Shown: positions 9,948 to 20,608 of the stretch, piece after piece
Layout of the letters: every line of letters begins with the position of its first letter
Position numbering within the stretch: the first letter of the stretch is position 1
Source of the DNA: Paramicrosporidium saccamoebae KSL3
Taxonomy: Eukaryota; Fungi; Cryptomycota
Assembly: GCA_002794465.1 (NCBI GenBank)
Contig: MTSL01000190.1
Coordinates: 1-32,000 of the forward strand
DNA: 32,000 nucleotides
Reading direction: 5' to 3'
Position numbers and translations under genes: made by a program
The notes under the pieces: generated by a model
The model's database searches: none
Seen by the model: only the letters and a program-made list of their open reading frames with translations
Told to the model about the DNA's origin: nothing

Positions 9948-10151
9948 ATTAAAGTATGCGGCTTCTTTATAGGTAGCCATTCTTAATGTAACCAAACTGG
10001 GCTGTGGGAACGCTATCTGGGCCGGACTCACCAATAATAAGTGGATGCTGCTTAACAGCGCCTTTATAGAGGTCGTCATCCTTGGTATGTCTGGATTGCA
10101 GGATAGCATAAATATCTAGGCTGGGGTTACTGACCATAAACGGATACTGTT
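9948..10151 (-). repeat. Dispersed non-coding element, locus A
   Basis: 9948-10068 aligns ungapped to 31012-31132 (121 nt, 20 mismatches counted); the remainder aligns to the reverse complement of 134-227. Confidence 0.85.
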
Positions 10152-10367
10152 TAGTAGGGTTTATTGAAATCTCTAGCTCATAGACATTTCATATTACAAT
10201 AGTAAATCCACTTGAAATAATTAATAATGATTCAGCCTACTGTAAGATCTAGCTTAACATAAAAATCTATCACTTGCCCTGTCGGGCTACTAATGACGAA
10301 ATTTGCGCACGACCAACTAACTAATTTTTAACAGCCATGTCTTTATTTTCCGTGTGTACTGGATTAC

Positions 10368-10739
10368 TCACTGCTTGCAGCCAGATCCACACTTGCAGCC
10401 AGGTCCGCATTTGCAACCAGGTCCGCACTTGCAGCCAGATTCACATTTGCAACCGGGTCCACACTTGCAACCGGGTCCACGCTTGCATTCCTCGCCTTTC
10501 TGGCACTCGCTACTCTTGCAGTTGTGTTTACATGTGCATTTTCCTCCCTCCTGACATCCACACTTGCACCCGGCACTTTTACAGTCCACATTATCCCCAC
10601 ACTTGCCTTTATCTCCGCGGTTACAGTCTTGACCCTTATGGCACTCACAGTGCGAGTGCGCAGAGTCGCTACACTTTGAAGCTTGACCTACATGTTGATT
10701 ATTTCCGCCACCCGGGGCTATACCTTGTCCACTTTGCAT
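10368..10739 (-). CDS. Metallothionein-like Cys-rich protein with (GCKCGP)n tail
   Basis: 25 Cys in 123 aa, CxC motifs, no Phe/Trp/Tyr; possible in-frame 36-nt intron near the N-terminus (GTATAG...ATGTAG). Confidence 0.8.
   Translation of the reverse strand: MQSGQGIAPGGGNNQHVGQASKCSDSAHSHCECHKGQDCNRGDKGKCGDNVDCKSAGCKCGCQEGGKCTCKHNCKSSECQKGEECKRGPGCKCGPGCKCESGCKCGPGCKCGPGCKCGSGCKQ
10375..10487. repeat. 18-bp coding tandem repeat (about 6 copies)
   Basis: TTGCA(G/A)CC(A/G)G(A/G)T(C/T)C(A/G)C.. units; encode the hexapeptide repeats of the metallothionein. Confidence 0.95.
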
Positions 10740-10862
10740 CTTGCCGGTTTGCTTATTTGCTGCGCGGTGTGTAAATATATAGTAGTAGCGGGATTTTGCT
10801 ATTGGTCAGTACGGTCCTACCGGGCATTTTATTGGTTGTAGAATATAGACCCTCCTATCCGG

Positions 10863-12380
10863 CTAAAAGGTCTCTTCGTGAAAGTGAAAAGTCGTGGTCC
10901 GAGTGGAGAATCCATGACAGAGTGACTCAACGCGCTGACCGATTGGGGCAGGGCCGCAATAAAAGACTCCAACCCGCTGCCCGGCTAGGCTGTGACTCCA
11001 ATCTGTAAAGAGAACCTCAAAGCGGGGGCGCCCAAAGTGTGTGGGACTACGTAGACCGGTGATGGGATCGGCCATGCCAAGTTCGTGATGCGCAGTTATT
11101 AATCCCTGTTCTTCCATGTTTACATTTCCGGTAACGTAGAGATGCGTATGTAATAAATGGTCAGTATCTGATCGCTCTAGAGCGACTAGAATGTCATTAA
11201 ACCATTCAAAGGACTACAATTAAACGTTTGGAAAATTGCTACCTTTGTGTTCCTACAGATTCCAACAAAATGGATTGATCTGAATCGGTGTCCTCCGATC
11301 GGCTTATTTAGCCTAAACCTAGAAATTAGCCAGAGCCTCGGCATACCATAGTGATTTCATGATTGACGCAAACGGTGTTTGGCCGATGCCAGCACCGATG
11401 CAGATGATTGAGCTGAATTTACCATGATCTTGACTAGCACAGCCATACGGCCCGTCCACGTACACTTTTATCCCTTCCAGTGCCGAGCTTTGCAGCAGCT
11501 TCCATAGCTTCTCAGTCCAACTACCAGCTAGCCTAATGTGCATTGATAAATGGTCCTCCTCGGGTGCTGATGTCAGCGTGAATGGATGCCATTGGAGCCA
11601 GCTTACCGCCGGGCATTTGATATAAACATACTGTCCAGGCAGGAATACAAAGTCTGGACGCCGGATCTGTACCTCTATCACGTTGGAAGGGTGTACGATC
11701 ACCTTTGAAATGTATGCGAAGCGACTCCCACGCCATAGCGACATTGCCTGATCGAGCAGGTATACTGCAGCAGGAATAGCAATCCAATAGAGGGTGGTGG
11801 AGCCGGTACAGCGGGAGTCGCTATTCTTTAGGAAGCAGAATATCCCATGTAGATAGAGCAGGAGCATGGAAAGGGGAGCAGCATAGTGGACATAATAAAA
11901 TAGCTCAAAGGAATAGCGTTTGATTCGCCCAACCAGTGACGTGACGGCCACTGTGATGTAAATAATCAGCAGCGCAAGCCCAGTTATCAACGTGGGATGC
12001 ACCCATTGTAAACTTCCTTTCTGGGCAAGCAAGACTACATTGAAAAGATGGGCCCCACAATGAATCAAGACCCCAGCTATGAACATGATCCCCGCTCCAC
12101 GGTGTATTGGGATCATCCAGCCGACGGAAAAGTACCTCCCGACTCTTGTACGGCTAATTCTGGTCATGACTGCGCGGCTCATGGACAATAGTAGCAAAGC
12201 GCTGCTGAATTTAATCAGAGCGGCGCCGGTTTTGGCCACGGACACGCCGAGATGCAAGGCCGTATTGTCGGAAAATACATTGACATCCAGGTATGTAAAG
12301 AGAAATCCCGATAATCCAACACTGGTATAGAGCCCCCAGAATGCGAGTAAGATAAAAAACTTGCGCCAAGACACAATCAT
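10863..12380 (-). CDS. NADPH oxidase (NOX, gp91phox-like, no EF-hands); 3 exons, 486 aa
   Basis: Introns 11319-11346 (28 nt) and 11214-11242 (29 nt); heme His pairs (IHRGAG...IHCGAH; VHY...LHG), WHPFTLTSAP, GAGIGQTPF, SFEWF, ITGLRSPTHFGRP, VGVFYCGP, terminal EETF. Confidence 0.9.
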
Positions 12381-12439
12381 GCGGTAATGCTGTTGTGCTG
12401 AAACGATTTATTATATGATCACCGAATTAGGCAATAGCA

Positions 12440-14234
12440 TTAAAGGAGAGGTTCGATATTTAGCTCCAAGACGGATGACACGTAGGGGGCGTCAAAGTTG
12501 GCGGAGACTTCTGGGTGGACAATTCCAAAGGCACCAACAACCTTGCCGTTTACGTAAACTTCTGCCTGTCTACCCGGGAACAATGTCGGGACTAAAAATA
12601 AGAAAAGGCGGAAAATGCTTACGATTAGAGGGCTTGATGTAGTAGCCCGTCGCTGAACCCACCGGCGTATTGGAGACATTCAACATTAGCATTACACGAT
12701 CCAGCAGCCCATGAATAATTTCCAGTCCTGAGGACATGCCGCAAAATACCGCACAAAGATGACGTTCATTGCGGGCCCCAACCTCGTGAGTGGGATCTTG
12801 CAGGACCACATCAGCCACCTGGAAGATGCGAATGGGGAGGGGCATTTTTTTGTTCGATGCAAGCGTCTTGAGCATGGCGGGAATTAGACTGGTGTGGACA
12901 ACTTCAAACTCGATCGTTTTTGGGTTCGATAGGACAACAGCCTCGTTGCCAGGATCAGTCTTTTTCAAGTGTGAATAATTCTCCGCGTAAGAACAAAGGG
13001 AAAAGGTCAAAACTTCCGAAAAGCCAGTGAGGGCGACTTCCCGTCGGACAATATCCGAGAGCTTATTGATCGGATAGGTGGCTCCGATGCAAGATGTTGG
13101 TGGGATGCGAGAAGGAATACGGTTAAAGCCATATGCAATGGCAACGTCTTCCATAACATCGCAGGCATGAATAATATCGGGCCGGATGGGAGGCACCATT
13201 ACTTTGACAAAGTCTGCACTAGCAGGCTCGACATGAAGCAACATTTTGGTCAAAAGTTTGCAAATCTCGTCTGTAGACAGAGAGAGACCAAGAGAACGGT
13301 TAATGTATGCCACAGACACTGCTTCGTCGCGGCAGGCGAGGTCGGGACTTGTCACTCGAGAGCCGTCGGCACGAATTATCGTGACTGACTCAATAGTGTC
13401 CACATTTTCACAATAGCGAGCAAAAGTGGTTGTCAGTATATTCAACGCAATGTTGACCTTGGTAATATCGATTCCGGTGACATCAATGAAAATGTTCTTA
13501 GTGTTGAGAGTAATTTTGGAGCTGTTGCCATTGATCAGGGGAGGAACAGAAAGCACGACACCCTCTCTATCTCTAAGTACTGGATAAACAGGAGAATCTC
13601 TAATGATCGGCACGAATTTTCTCAACTTTAAATCACTTTCGAGAAGCTCGACAAGCTGGCGTCCATTGACACTTTGCGTGCGATTGAGGGGGATGAATTG
13701 AATTTCCTCAGGCTTTACGGCGTCATAGACCATGTCAGGAGTCAAAGTGTCAAGGTCATATGTTCCTATCGAAACAATGGTACGCTGGCGGCCAATACCG
13801 CTGTGGAGTTTATCCTGCAGGTCTATCAAAGACTCATACACTTCTGGGCTCATTTTAATATTGCGTAAAACGGCGCAGGCAATGTGGGGACGAATACTCC
13901 CAGTGGCAGGCTTTACGGTAACAGAGATGGGTCCTGCAACAGTCTTGTACACGGGTACAGGCGTGGGTGCGAGGTATGCTCTCACAGCACGCACCAATCC
14001 TTCAATTGTCAAAAGATCGTATCGGTTTGCTGGTATTTCGACACGATAGATAGTGTCGTCAGAGAGATGCGCAGCCTTGTCCTCGCCCTGCTCCTTGGCA
14101 ACCAGTTGACGCTCCGAGGTCACCTCGTCCAACTCGATACCAAACTCGAAGCAGAATTCGTCAAACTGCTCGTCAGTCATTTGTTGTCCCAGGTCTTTGT
14201 AGAATTGGGCACGATTTACGTGGATAGTCGGCAT
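12440..14234 (-). CDS. FRS1: Phenylalanyl-tRNA synthetase beta subunit; 2 exons, 587 aa
   Basis: MPTIHV start, IPANRYDLL, LIDLQDKLH, RPDIIHACDVMEDVAIAYG; 31-nt intron 12592-12622 restores TLFPGRQAE...FGIVHPEV. Confidence 0.96.
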
Positions 14235-14278
14235 GGTGAGTGATGCGCCCTACCCCTGGACAGGCTTTGTCACTCAGT

Positions 14279-14287
14279 ATGAGTCAT
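14279..14287. promoter_or_regulatory. Gcn4/AP-1 consensus site
   Basis: ATGAGTCAT, 45 nt upstream of the FRS1 ATG. Confidence 0.6.
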
Positions 14288-14428
14288 CGCCAACGATCGG
14301 GGTTGGAGCTAGGGAGGACACTCTGTAGTTACGAACAACCTAATCCAATGTCCACACAGGCTGGGCCAGAATGTCAGTTCTCTGAAAGATTTAAATAAAG
14401 CAGCAATTTCCTTTTTGCATCTTCCGCC

Positions 14429-15517
14429 ATGTCCCCGTCCGTTAAGCAAATTTCTCAGCTCTTGCAAGGCACCTTCTGCACCGACATTCTCAAAGGGCAG
14501 AAAATATTTGAAATTGATGCTTCTGACTCTATTGCAAAGGGCTGCCAGGTACCTTTTCTTATTCTCGTCAGACTGGATAGTGTCTTGTCGGCCATGGCAT
14601 CTCCTCCGCACCAGTCTACAACAACGAAACGGGAGAATATGTGGGGATGCTAGATTACCGTGACATTGTGGATTTTGTCTTGACAGTATTCCACAAGAAA
14701 CGCATGGAGCCTATTACAGAGAATGAGTCTGTTGGTATTTCCGACATTGTACATCGTGCTACTGCCGGTGAGACTATTCCCACCGAAGCCATTGTCGGTA
14801 GGGACTAGTTTGCAAACACTTAGCAATGTAGATTTGTCGAGAAAGAATCCATTTTATTCAGTGATGACGCAATCCTCACTGCAGGCAGTAATCGAAATAT
14901 TCTCCAGCAATTTGGGCATCCATCGCATTAATGTCATGAATAGCGACGGTCGCGTTCAGGGACTGCTGTCTAAGACTGATGTTGTTCGCTTCCTATTGTC
15001 CAAGATTGATGTTTTTGGGGAGGATGCAAAAAAGACCCTCGAGGAGGCTGGACTAGGAAAGGGGCCACTTATCAGTGTTGCAGCCACGGCAACTGTTCTT
15101 GAGGCTCTGGAACGAATGAGTGAATACAGCATCTCTAGTATTCCCGTACTCGACCAAGCAGGCTGTCTGATGGGCAACATTTCCATGGCAGATGTCCGAG
15201 TAAACTCCCACACTGGTACTGACTCAACTTAGTTTATTTTTCAACACAACCGATTTAGCCGTCTCTGGTTAACCTGTTCCAATTTCATATCCTTGGCGCT
15301 TTCGCAAAAGGGACTCGAGAACGCTGGCCAAGACTCTTATCCCGTTTTTGATGTAAACAGTAGCGTAACAGTGGAAAAGGTGATGCAAAAGCTGCTCGCC
15401 ACCAAAACCCACCGCATATGGGTTGTAAATGCGCAGGCCCAACTGGAGGGCGTTCTGTCCATGACTGATATTATTCGATATCTCTGCAAATCTGACCAGC
15501 TAAAAGTATCCGAGTGA
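14429..15517 (+). CDS. CBS-domain protein, Sds23/AMPK-gamma-like; 4 exons, 329 aa
   Basis: Introns 14549-14580, 14798-14831, 15200-15232; spliced product has HGISSAPVY...GMLDYRDIV, DLSRKNPF, YSISSIPVLD, THRIWVV...GVLSMTDII. Confidence 0.8.
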
Positions 15518-15567
15518 TAATGCGAGCCAATGTGATGAGTAAATAAGCTAGGGTAGTGGTGGTGGTA

Positions 15568-16386
15568 ATGGAGGGAGAATTGTTCGTGTATCACGAGCGC
15601 TTGGTTGCATTCGAGTCGGGGCCCAGAGACAGTGGGACTTGTGTTGTGGTTATCGGTGGCATGACCGATGGACTGCTGTCGCTTTCTTTTGTACCATTAC
15701 TGTCACAAAAGTGTGTCGAAGCGGGATACTCCATTGTCCAAGTGATCCTCTCCAGCTCATACACTGCCTATGGCTTATCATCGCTCCAGCAAGACTCTGA
15801 GGAGATGGCTGCATTGTTGGACCATCCACGCATGCAACAAAAGAGTCGCATTCTGTTGCTTGGACATTCCACTGGGTGCCAAGACCTCCTTTGGTATCTC
15901 CAGAATCAAAAACCAGACCGACGAATAGTTGCTGCCATCCTTCAAGGCGCTGTATCGGACCGCGATTACCTGCAAGCCAGTCTCCCAAATTATAACCAGA
16001 TATTGGAGTGGGCAGAAGAACAATGTGCTGCTGGGAAGCCGAAAGCTATTTATGGCGAGGTGACGTTCGGTGCTCCGATGACTGCTTATCGCATGCGTTC
16101 TTTACTGGCGAGGCTTGGTGATGATGATTATTTCTCGATGGACCTAAGTGTAGAGGAGAAGCGTCAAAAATTTAGTAGAGTCTCAGTGCCGATTTACATT
16201 GTGCTCAGCGCTGAGGATGAATATGTTGTTTGCAAGGAAAAATATTTAACATGTGAACAAAGCTACAAGGACTCTTGCGAGATGATCAAGGAGGTTCTCA
16301 TGATTCCAGATGCAGATCATGCCTTGTCACAACCACAGGCTCAAGAGCACTTGTGTAGCCTTGTTACAAGGATTCTTCAAAACTAA
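15568..16386 (+). CDS. DUF1749/UPF0613 alpha/beta hydrolase
   Basis: VVIGGMTDGL, nucleophile elbow GHSTGCQD, VSDRDY, DDYFSMDL, ADHAL; first ATG at 15568. Confidence 0.88.
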   Translation: MEGELFVYHERLVAFESGPRDSGTCVVVIGGMTDGLLSLSFVPLLSQKCVEAGYSIVQVILSSSYTAYGLSSLQQDSEEMAALLDHPRMQQKSRILLLGHSTGCQDLLWYLQNQKPDRRIVAAILQGAVSDRDYLQASLPNYNQILEWAEEQCAAGKPKAIYGEVTFGAPMTAYRMRSLLARLGDDDYFSMDLSVEEKRQKFSRVSVPIYIVLSAEDEYVVCKEKYLTCEQSYKDSCEMIKEVLMIPDADHALSQPQAQEHLCSLVTRILQN

Positions 16387-16522
16387 AGTACAATATATTT
16401 GTGTGTGAGAGTGAGGGTGCGAGAGTGAGTGAGGGTATTGACGGGCTAAAGTTACTCCGCTGCGGCTATAAATCCCACATTGTATCGCTGTCGACCATGT
16501 ACTTACTGACACTTGTTGGCTT

Positions 16523-17884
16523 TTAGTACTTTACCCGAAGTTTCACACCGATCGTGTCTTCACATGTCATGAAAATGTTTGGATTCGGAAATAAACGATA
16601 ACTAGCATCTGGGAATGCGTCACAAAAGTCACTTTCAAAGGGCATTTTTCTGTGAAAGCACGGCTCGTGGGATATTGCTCTGCTACACGCGCCCTCTTCA
16701 TTTGGACCGCTTAGGAACATTGGCAGCTTTTTACTAAGCGCGGTCGCGACGTATCCCAGTGTGGATCTCTTGGTGACTACAAGATCGTCACACACCGCCA
16801 ACATCCAAATGTCATGTACCGCCTCTGAGGCCTGTTTCCTGCCAGTCAGTTGCTTTCCTTCCGAGTAGCGGTGTGTAATATTCCAAAGACGATTATTAGC
16901 AAGGTATTCAGAGACTTCACAGTGGAGAGACGCAACGAAAACGTGCTCCGGTTTGAGGACGTCCAGACAATGGATGGCTGTATTGGCAGAGGCCAGTTTT
17001 ACGAGACCATAAAAATAGCGCGCCTGTAGTCCGATGCGATAGAAATGATGGCTGTCTTTCAGTGTCTGACTGACTTCATCTATGATATAGTCCCGGGGAT
17101 GAAAGAGGTAGGAGAAGAGGGTTGATGCGACGTTTCCATCCGGGAACCATCCCTGCAGGATCTTTGTGTATGTAGGATTCGCAAAAAGTAAGGGGAGAAA
17201 GTAGTGATTCCCACTGATATGAAGGATTTGCACATTTTTCCATCTCTCCATCAGGTCGCCTCCGCAGGCAAGCAGCTGCACTGTAGATTGCTTACTGGAC
17301 TGACTCAGAACCAACCTGACCATTTTGCGAAGCATCTTGGAAGTGACCTCTACGGCAGGCTGCGGTTCATTGTACATTGTGGACCGTATTTTACCCCATT
17401 TTATAGTGTCGGGCATTGACCACTTACTTTTAGGAAAGGGGTTACAAAAGAGGGTGTCAATGTCATAGTCGGAGAAATGCACAATTAACGTGCGATCGGT
17501 CAACAATGCCAGCAAATAAGTCGACAGTAGCGATAATAGACGGTTTCCTAACCCACAAGTGCTGCTCACTGGAGTATAGATAATGTAGCGGTGATCAATG
17601 ACATTGTCATCCTCAACATAACGATACATCTCGGCAGCGAGCATCTCTCCATTCGCGCCAATGCTATGTATCTTTTCGTACCGCTGCATTGCTGCTTGCA
17701 ATTTTCCATTTCCCACCATCTTTCTCGTCTGGTGTTTACAGCCCATGAATTGTGATGGTCGTCTGTATGATTTCGAAAGGCGCTTTCGTTTATTCTCCCA
17801 TCTTGGCTGATATGCATCCGTCAACAATGCTACCACGGTCAACAACTGTAGTGGCAGCAGTATCAAAACAACCCAAGGACCCAT
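16523..17884 (-). CDS. Xyloglucan-fucosyltransferase-like (GT37 fold) type II membrane protein A
   Basis: N-terminal TM; GLGNRLLSLLSTYLLALLTDR, LFCNPFP, YLFHP, RIGLQAR, STLGYVA, CSRAISHEPCFH, CED match plant FUT1-type motifs; first ATG at 17884. Confidence 0.85.
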   Translation of the reverse strand: MGPWVVLILLPLQLLTVVALLTDAYQPRWENKRKRLSKSYRRPSQFMGCKHQTRKMVGNGKLQAAMQRYEKIHSIGANGEMLAAEMYRYVEDDNVIDHRYIIYTPVSSTCGLGNRLLSLLSTYLLALLTDRTLIVHFSDYDIDTLFCNPFPKSKWSMPDTIKWGKIRSTMYNEPQPAVEVTSKMLRKMVRLVLSQSSKQSTVQLLACGGDLMERWKNVQILHISGNHYFLPLLFANPTYTKILQGWFPDGNVASTLFSYLFHPRDYIIDEVSQTLKDSHHFYRIGLQARYFYGLVKLASANTAIHCLDVLKPEHVFVASLHCEVSEYLANNRLWNITHRYSEGKQLTGRKQASEAVHDIWMLAVCDDLVVTKRSTLGYVATALSKKLPMFLSGPNEEGACSRAISHEPCFHRKMPFESDFCDAFPDASYRLFPNPNIFMTCEDTIGVKLRVKY

Positions 17885-17932
17885 GTGAGGGCCCGGAATA
17901 TCAAACAATTAAATACATTTACCCATAGACCA

Positions 17933-20353
17933 ATGTCAACGGACTTTGAGGAGCAACTCATTTCCCAGCTGATTCTGGATTCCTCCAGTCTGGACCAGAC
18001 TGGTGCTGCAGTGTTTAAAACAGTATTTGCCGCGGGAAGACAGACAGAATTCACCAAGGCCCTATCCTCGTATGCCAGTCGGAAGGACAATGAAATTGAA
18101 AAGGTCTGTCATCAGTATTATTACAATTTCGCAAAATCCATCGATGAGCTGCTGGGACTGAGGGAAGAGGCGGCAAAGCTGAGGGCGGCTGTGCTAAAGG
18201 TTTTGGAGGAGCTGGCACAATGTGGGCAACTGCTGTATGATAGCAAGGTGGAAATGCACGAGACGCATAAAATGTTGTATAATACCAAAAGGACGGTTCT
18301 TGCAATGAGCGACTGTCTCAAGGCACTGGAAGTGGCCCAACAAGCGACTCTTGAGATTGTCGACCAGAACTTTGGACAGGCCCTCCGTCTCATTGAGCAA
18401 TTACAAACACAGCTATTGCCGCGCATAGATCAGTTTTCCTTTTCCACCAAACTATATCAATGGATTCCAATACAATTGGACACGGTGCGTAGTTTTGCCG
18501 TGGAAGAGCTCAAAATGTGGCTCAGCAAGGTGAGGGAGCAGAGTGGTGTCATTGGAGAAGTTGCCTTTGGTAGGGCCCAGAAGAGAATTGAGAAATGGAG
18601 GAACCTTTACGAGGGCGTTGCTACACCGACTGCAATCAACCTGGGATTCTCTGTAGCAGAAGATATCAGGAGTGCTGCTGCATACGGCGATTTAGTTGAA
18701 ATGGAGAGGGAGGACGCCGCGTCGATCATTGAGAATGATCAGGTTCAAGTCGATTTTGGACCGTTGTTAAAGGCAGTCCATCTGTTTGACCTCATGAACC
18801 ATCGCGCAGAATTCCAGTCTTTATTTGCTGAATATCGCCGTGCCCAAGCAAAAGTTATATTCGACATCCAGGTGAATCTCAAAGACGGCAAGGCTGATTC
18901 GTTTTCAAACTTTTTGCATAACGTCTGTGGCTTCTTTATCATTGAATACTTTATCGTTCGCAAGCCACAGAAATTTTACTCTCCTGCTCATGTCGAGGGG
19001 TTGTGGGAGACTGCGGTCAATTTGATTAACAATTACGTGCTGGAGTCTCTGGGATGTGGATTAGATCAGAGTGTTTTTATGAAGATCAAGTGGCTTCAAG
19101 TATTCTTCCTTCATGCCATCGAGGTAAAGTTTATACGCAAGCTCCTAGTTGTGTAGGTTTATGATATTTATTCCATCTCTTCCATGCTGGATACGATCCT
19201 GAGCCTTTTCTACCGATATGTAGACTTGACCAAAGGTGAAACTGTCCAAAAAATTAAGGACGCCGCCGTTTCTTGCGAGCTGAAGCCGCTGCCAATTTCG
19301 TCATCAAATTCTATCAGCAAAGCCCAACGGCAGTTTACCTTTATGGCAGAGGATTCCACCTTTGCCAACGCCACTGAATTCCCATTTTCCTCATTCATTA
19401 TGGATGTGTTTGCGGGAATCTCGGAATTCATTAACAACTTTTACGTTTTCCTCGAAGGCGTTCCCCAGCAATCCAGCGAGCTCGATGACATTGCCAAAAA
19501 GGTACCAAATTTCCTACCACGTAATTGTAGAATTGCGACTGGTTATTGGAAGAGGCAGCTAGGTCGTATTTGGAACGCGTAGAAGATGCTAATTTTGATG
19601 CAGTCGTTCAGATGATTCGCGACTTGGACGCTCTGGTCAAGATTTGTCCCGATGTTGCGCGTCTGCTAACTCAACGGCGCTCGCGGTCCAGGACTGTTCC
19701 AGTCCGAATGAGTTCTGGCGAAAGGATAGAACGGGCTTTACATGACATTGAAGCCCATTTGTTCCACATGGTCAACTTGGAGATGGACCGTATTTTCAAA
19801 GCCCATCCGTACAATTTTACTCCAACCGCCAAGCCATCAACGCATGCTCCTCTCATCGCCGGTATGATCAGCCCAAGTGGCGTGATTTTGTAGAATTTGT
19901 CAAGTTTTATCAGAGAACTGCAGAACGACTGGCCACCATGCTTCCGCCTGATTCTATCAAGCAACTGGTCTATAACATGTTCAGTCATTTGTCCACAAAA
20001 CTCACAGAAATGCTTTACGACCAAGCCTTGACGGCCATTAATATGAACTTTGTAGAAGGATTATCTGCCGATCTTGCATATATTCAGAACTTTTCCCAAG
20101 AGCAAGGGCAGGATGCATTGGTTATGGAGACGTTTTCAGAAGTGCAACAGTTGATGAATCTGATGACGGCGGAGCAAGTACACGAATATTTGGACCCCAT
20201 TGTACGGAATCGAAAATACCCGAGCCTACGCTCCAATGATCTCATCCCCGTCCTCCAAAAGTAATGGTGTTGCCGTGATTAGATTTTTGTAGAGTGACAG
20301 AGCCGGTGGATAAGAAGCGCGTCTTTGAAGACATGCTACTCCTTCTTCGTTAG
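17933..20353 (+). CDS. SEC15: Exocyst subunit Sec15; 5 exons, 764 aa
   Basis: Introns 19124-19156, 19502-19530, 19862-19893, 20261-20292 give a continuous frame; IEKVCHQYYYNFAKSIDELL, VDFGPLLKAVHLF, EYLDPIVRNRKY. Confidence 0.9.
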
Positions 20354-20407
20354 CATCTAGTGAATACGCTGTAGGGTGTGTATATGGCAGGGTGGATATG
20401 TGGTAGT

Positions 20408-20506
20408 GTTGATTGAATCGGCCCAGTTTGCTGCTTGAATCGACCCAGTTTGCTGATTGAATCGACCCAGTTTGTTGCTTGAATCGACCCAGTTTGCTGA
20501 TTGAAT
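20408..20506. repeat. 22-bp minisatellite, 4.5 copies
   Basis: G(T/C)TG(A/C)TTGAATCG(G/A)CCCAGTTT at 20408, 20430, 20452, 20474, 20496. Confidence 0.95.
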
Positions 20507-20608
20507 TCACAAGCCTCAATCTCAATCACAAGCACAATCTCAGCCTTAGTCTCACCCACTGAAACATTTAATAAAAAGCGATAATTTTTATTCGGGACGC
20601 GGCGCACT

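Noticed and set aside
10337-10774. Alternative-frame repeat ORFs (e.g. QPGPHL repeats, ASVD repeats)
   Set aside because: By-products of the 18-bp repeat; only the Cys-rich frame has a coherent composition and a good ATG.
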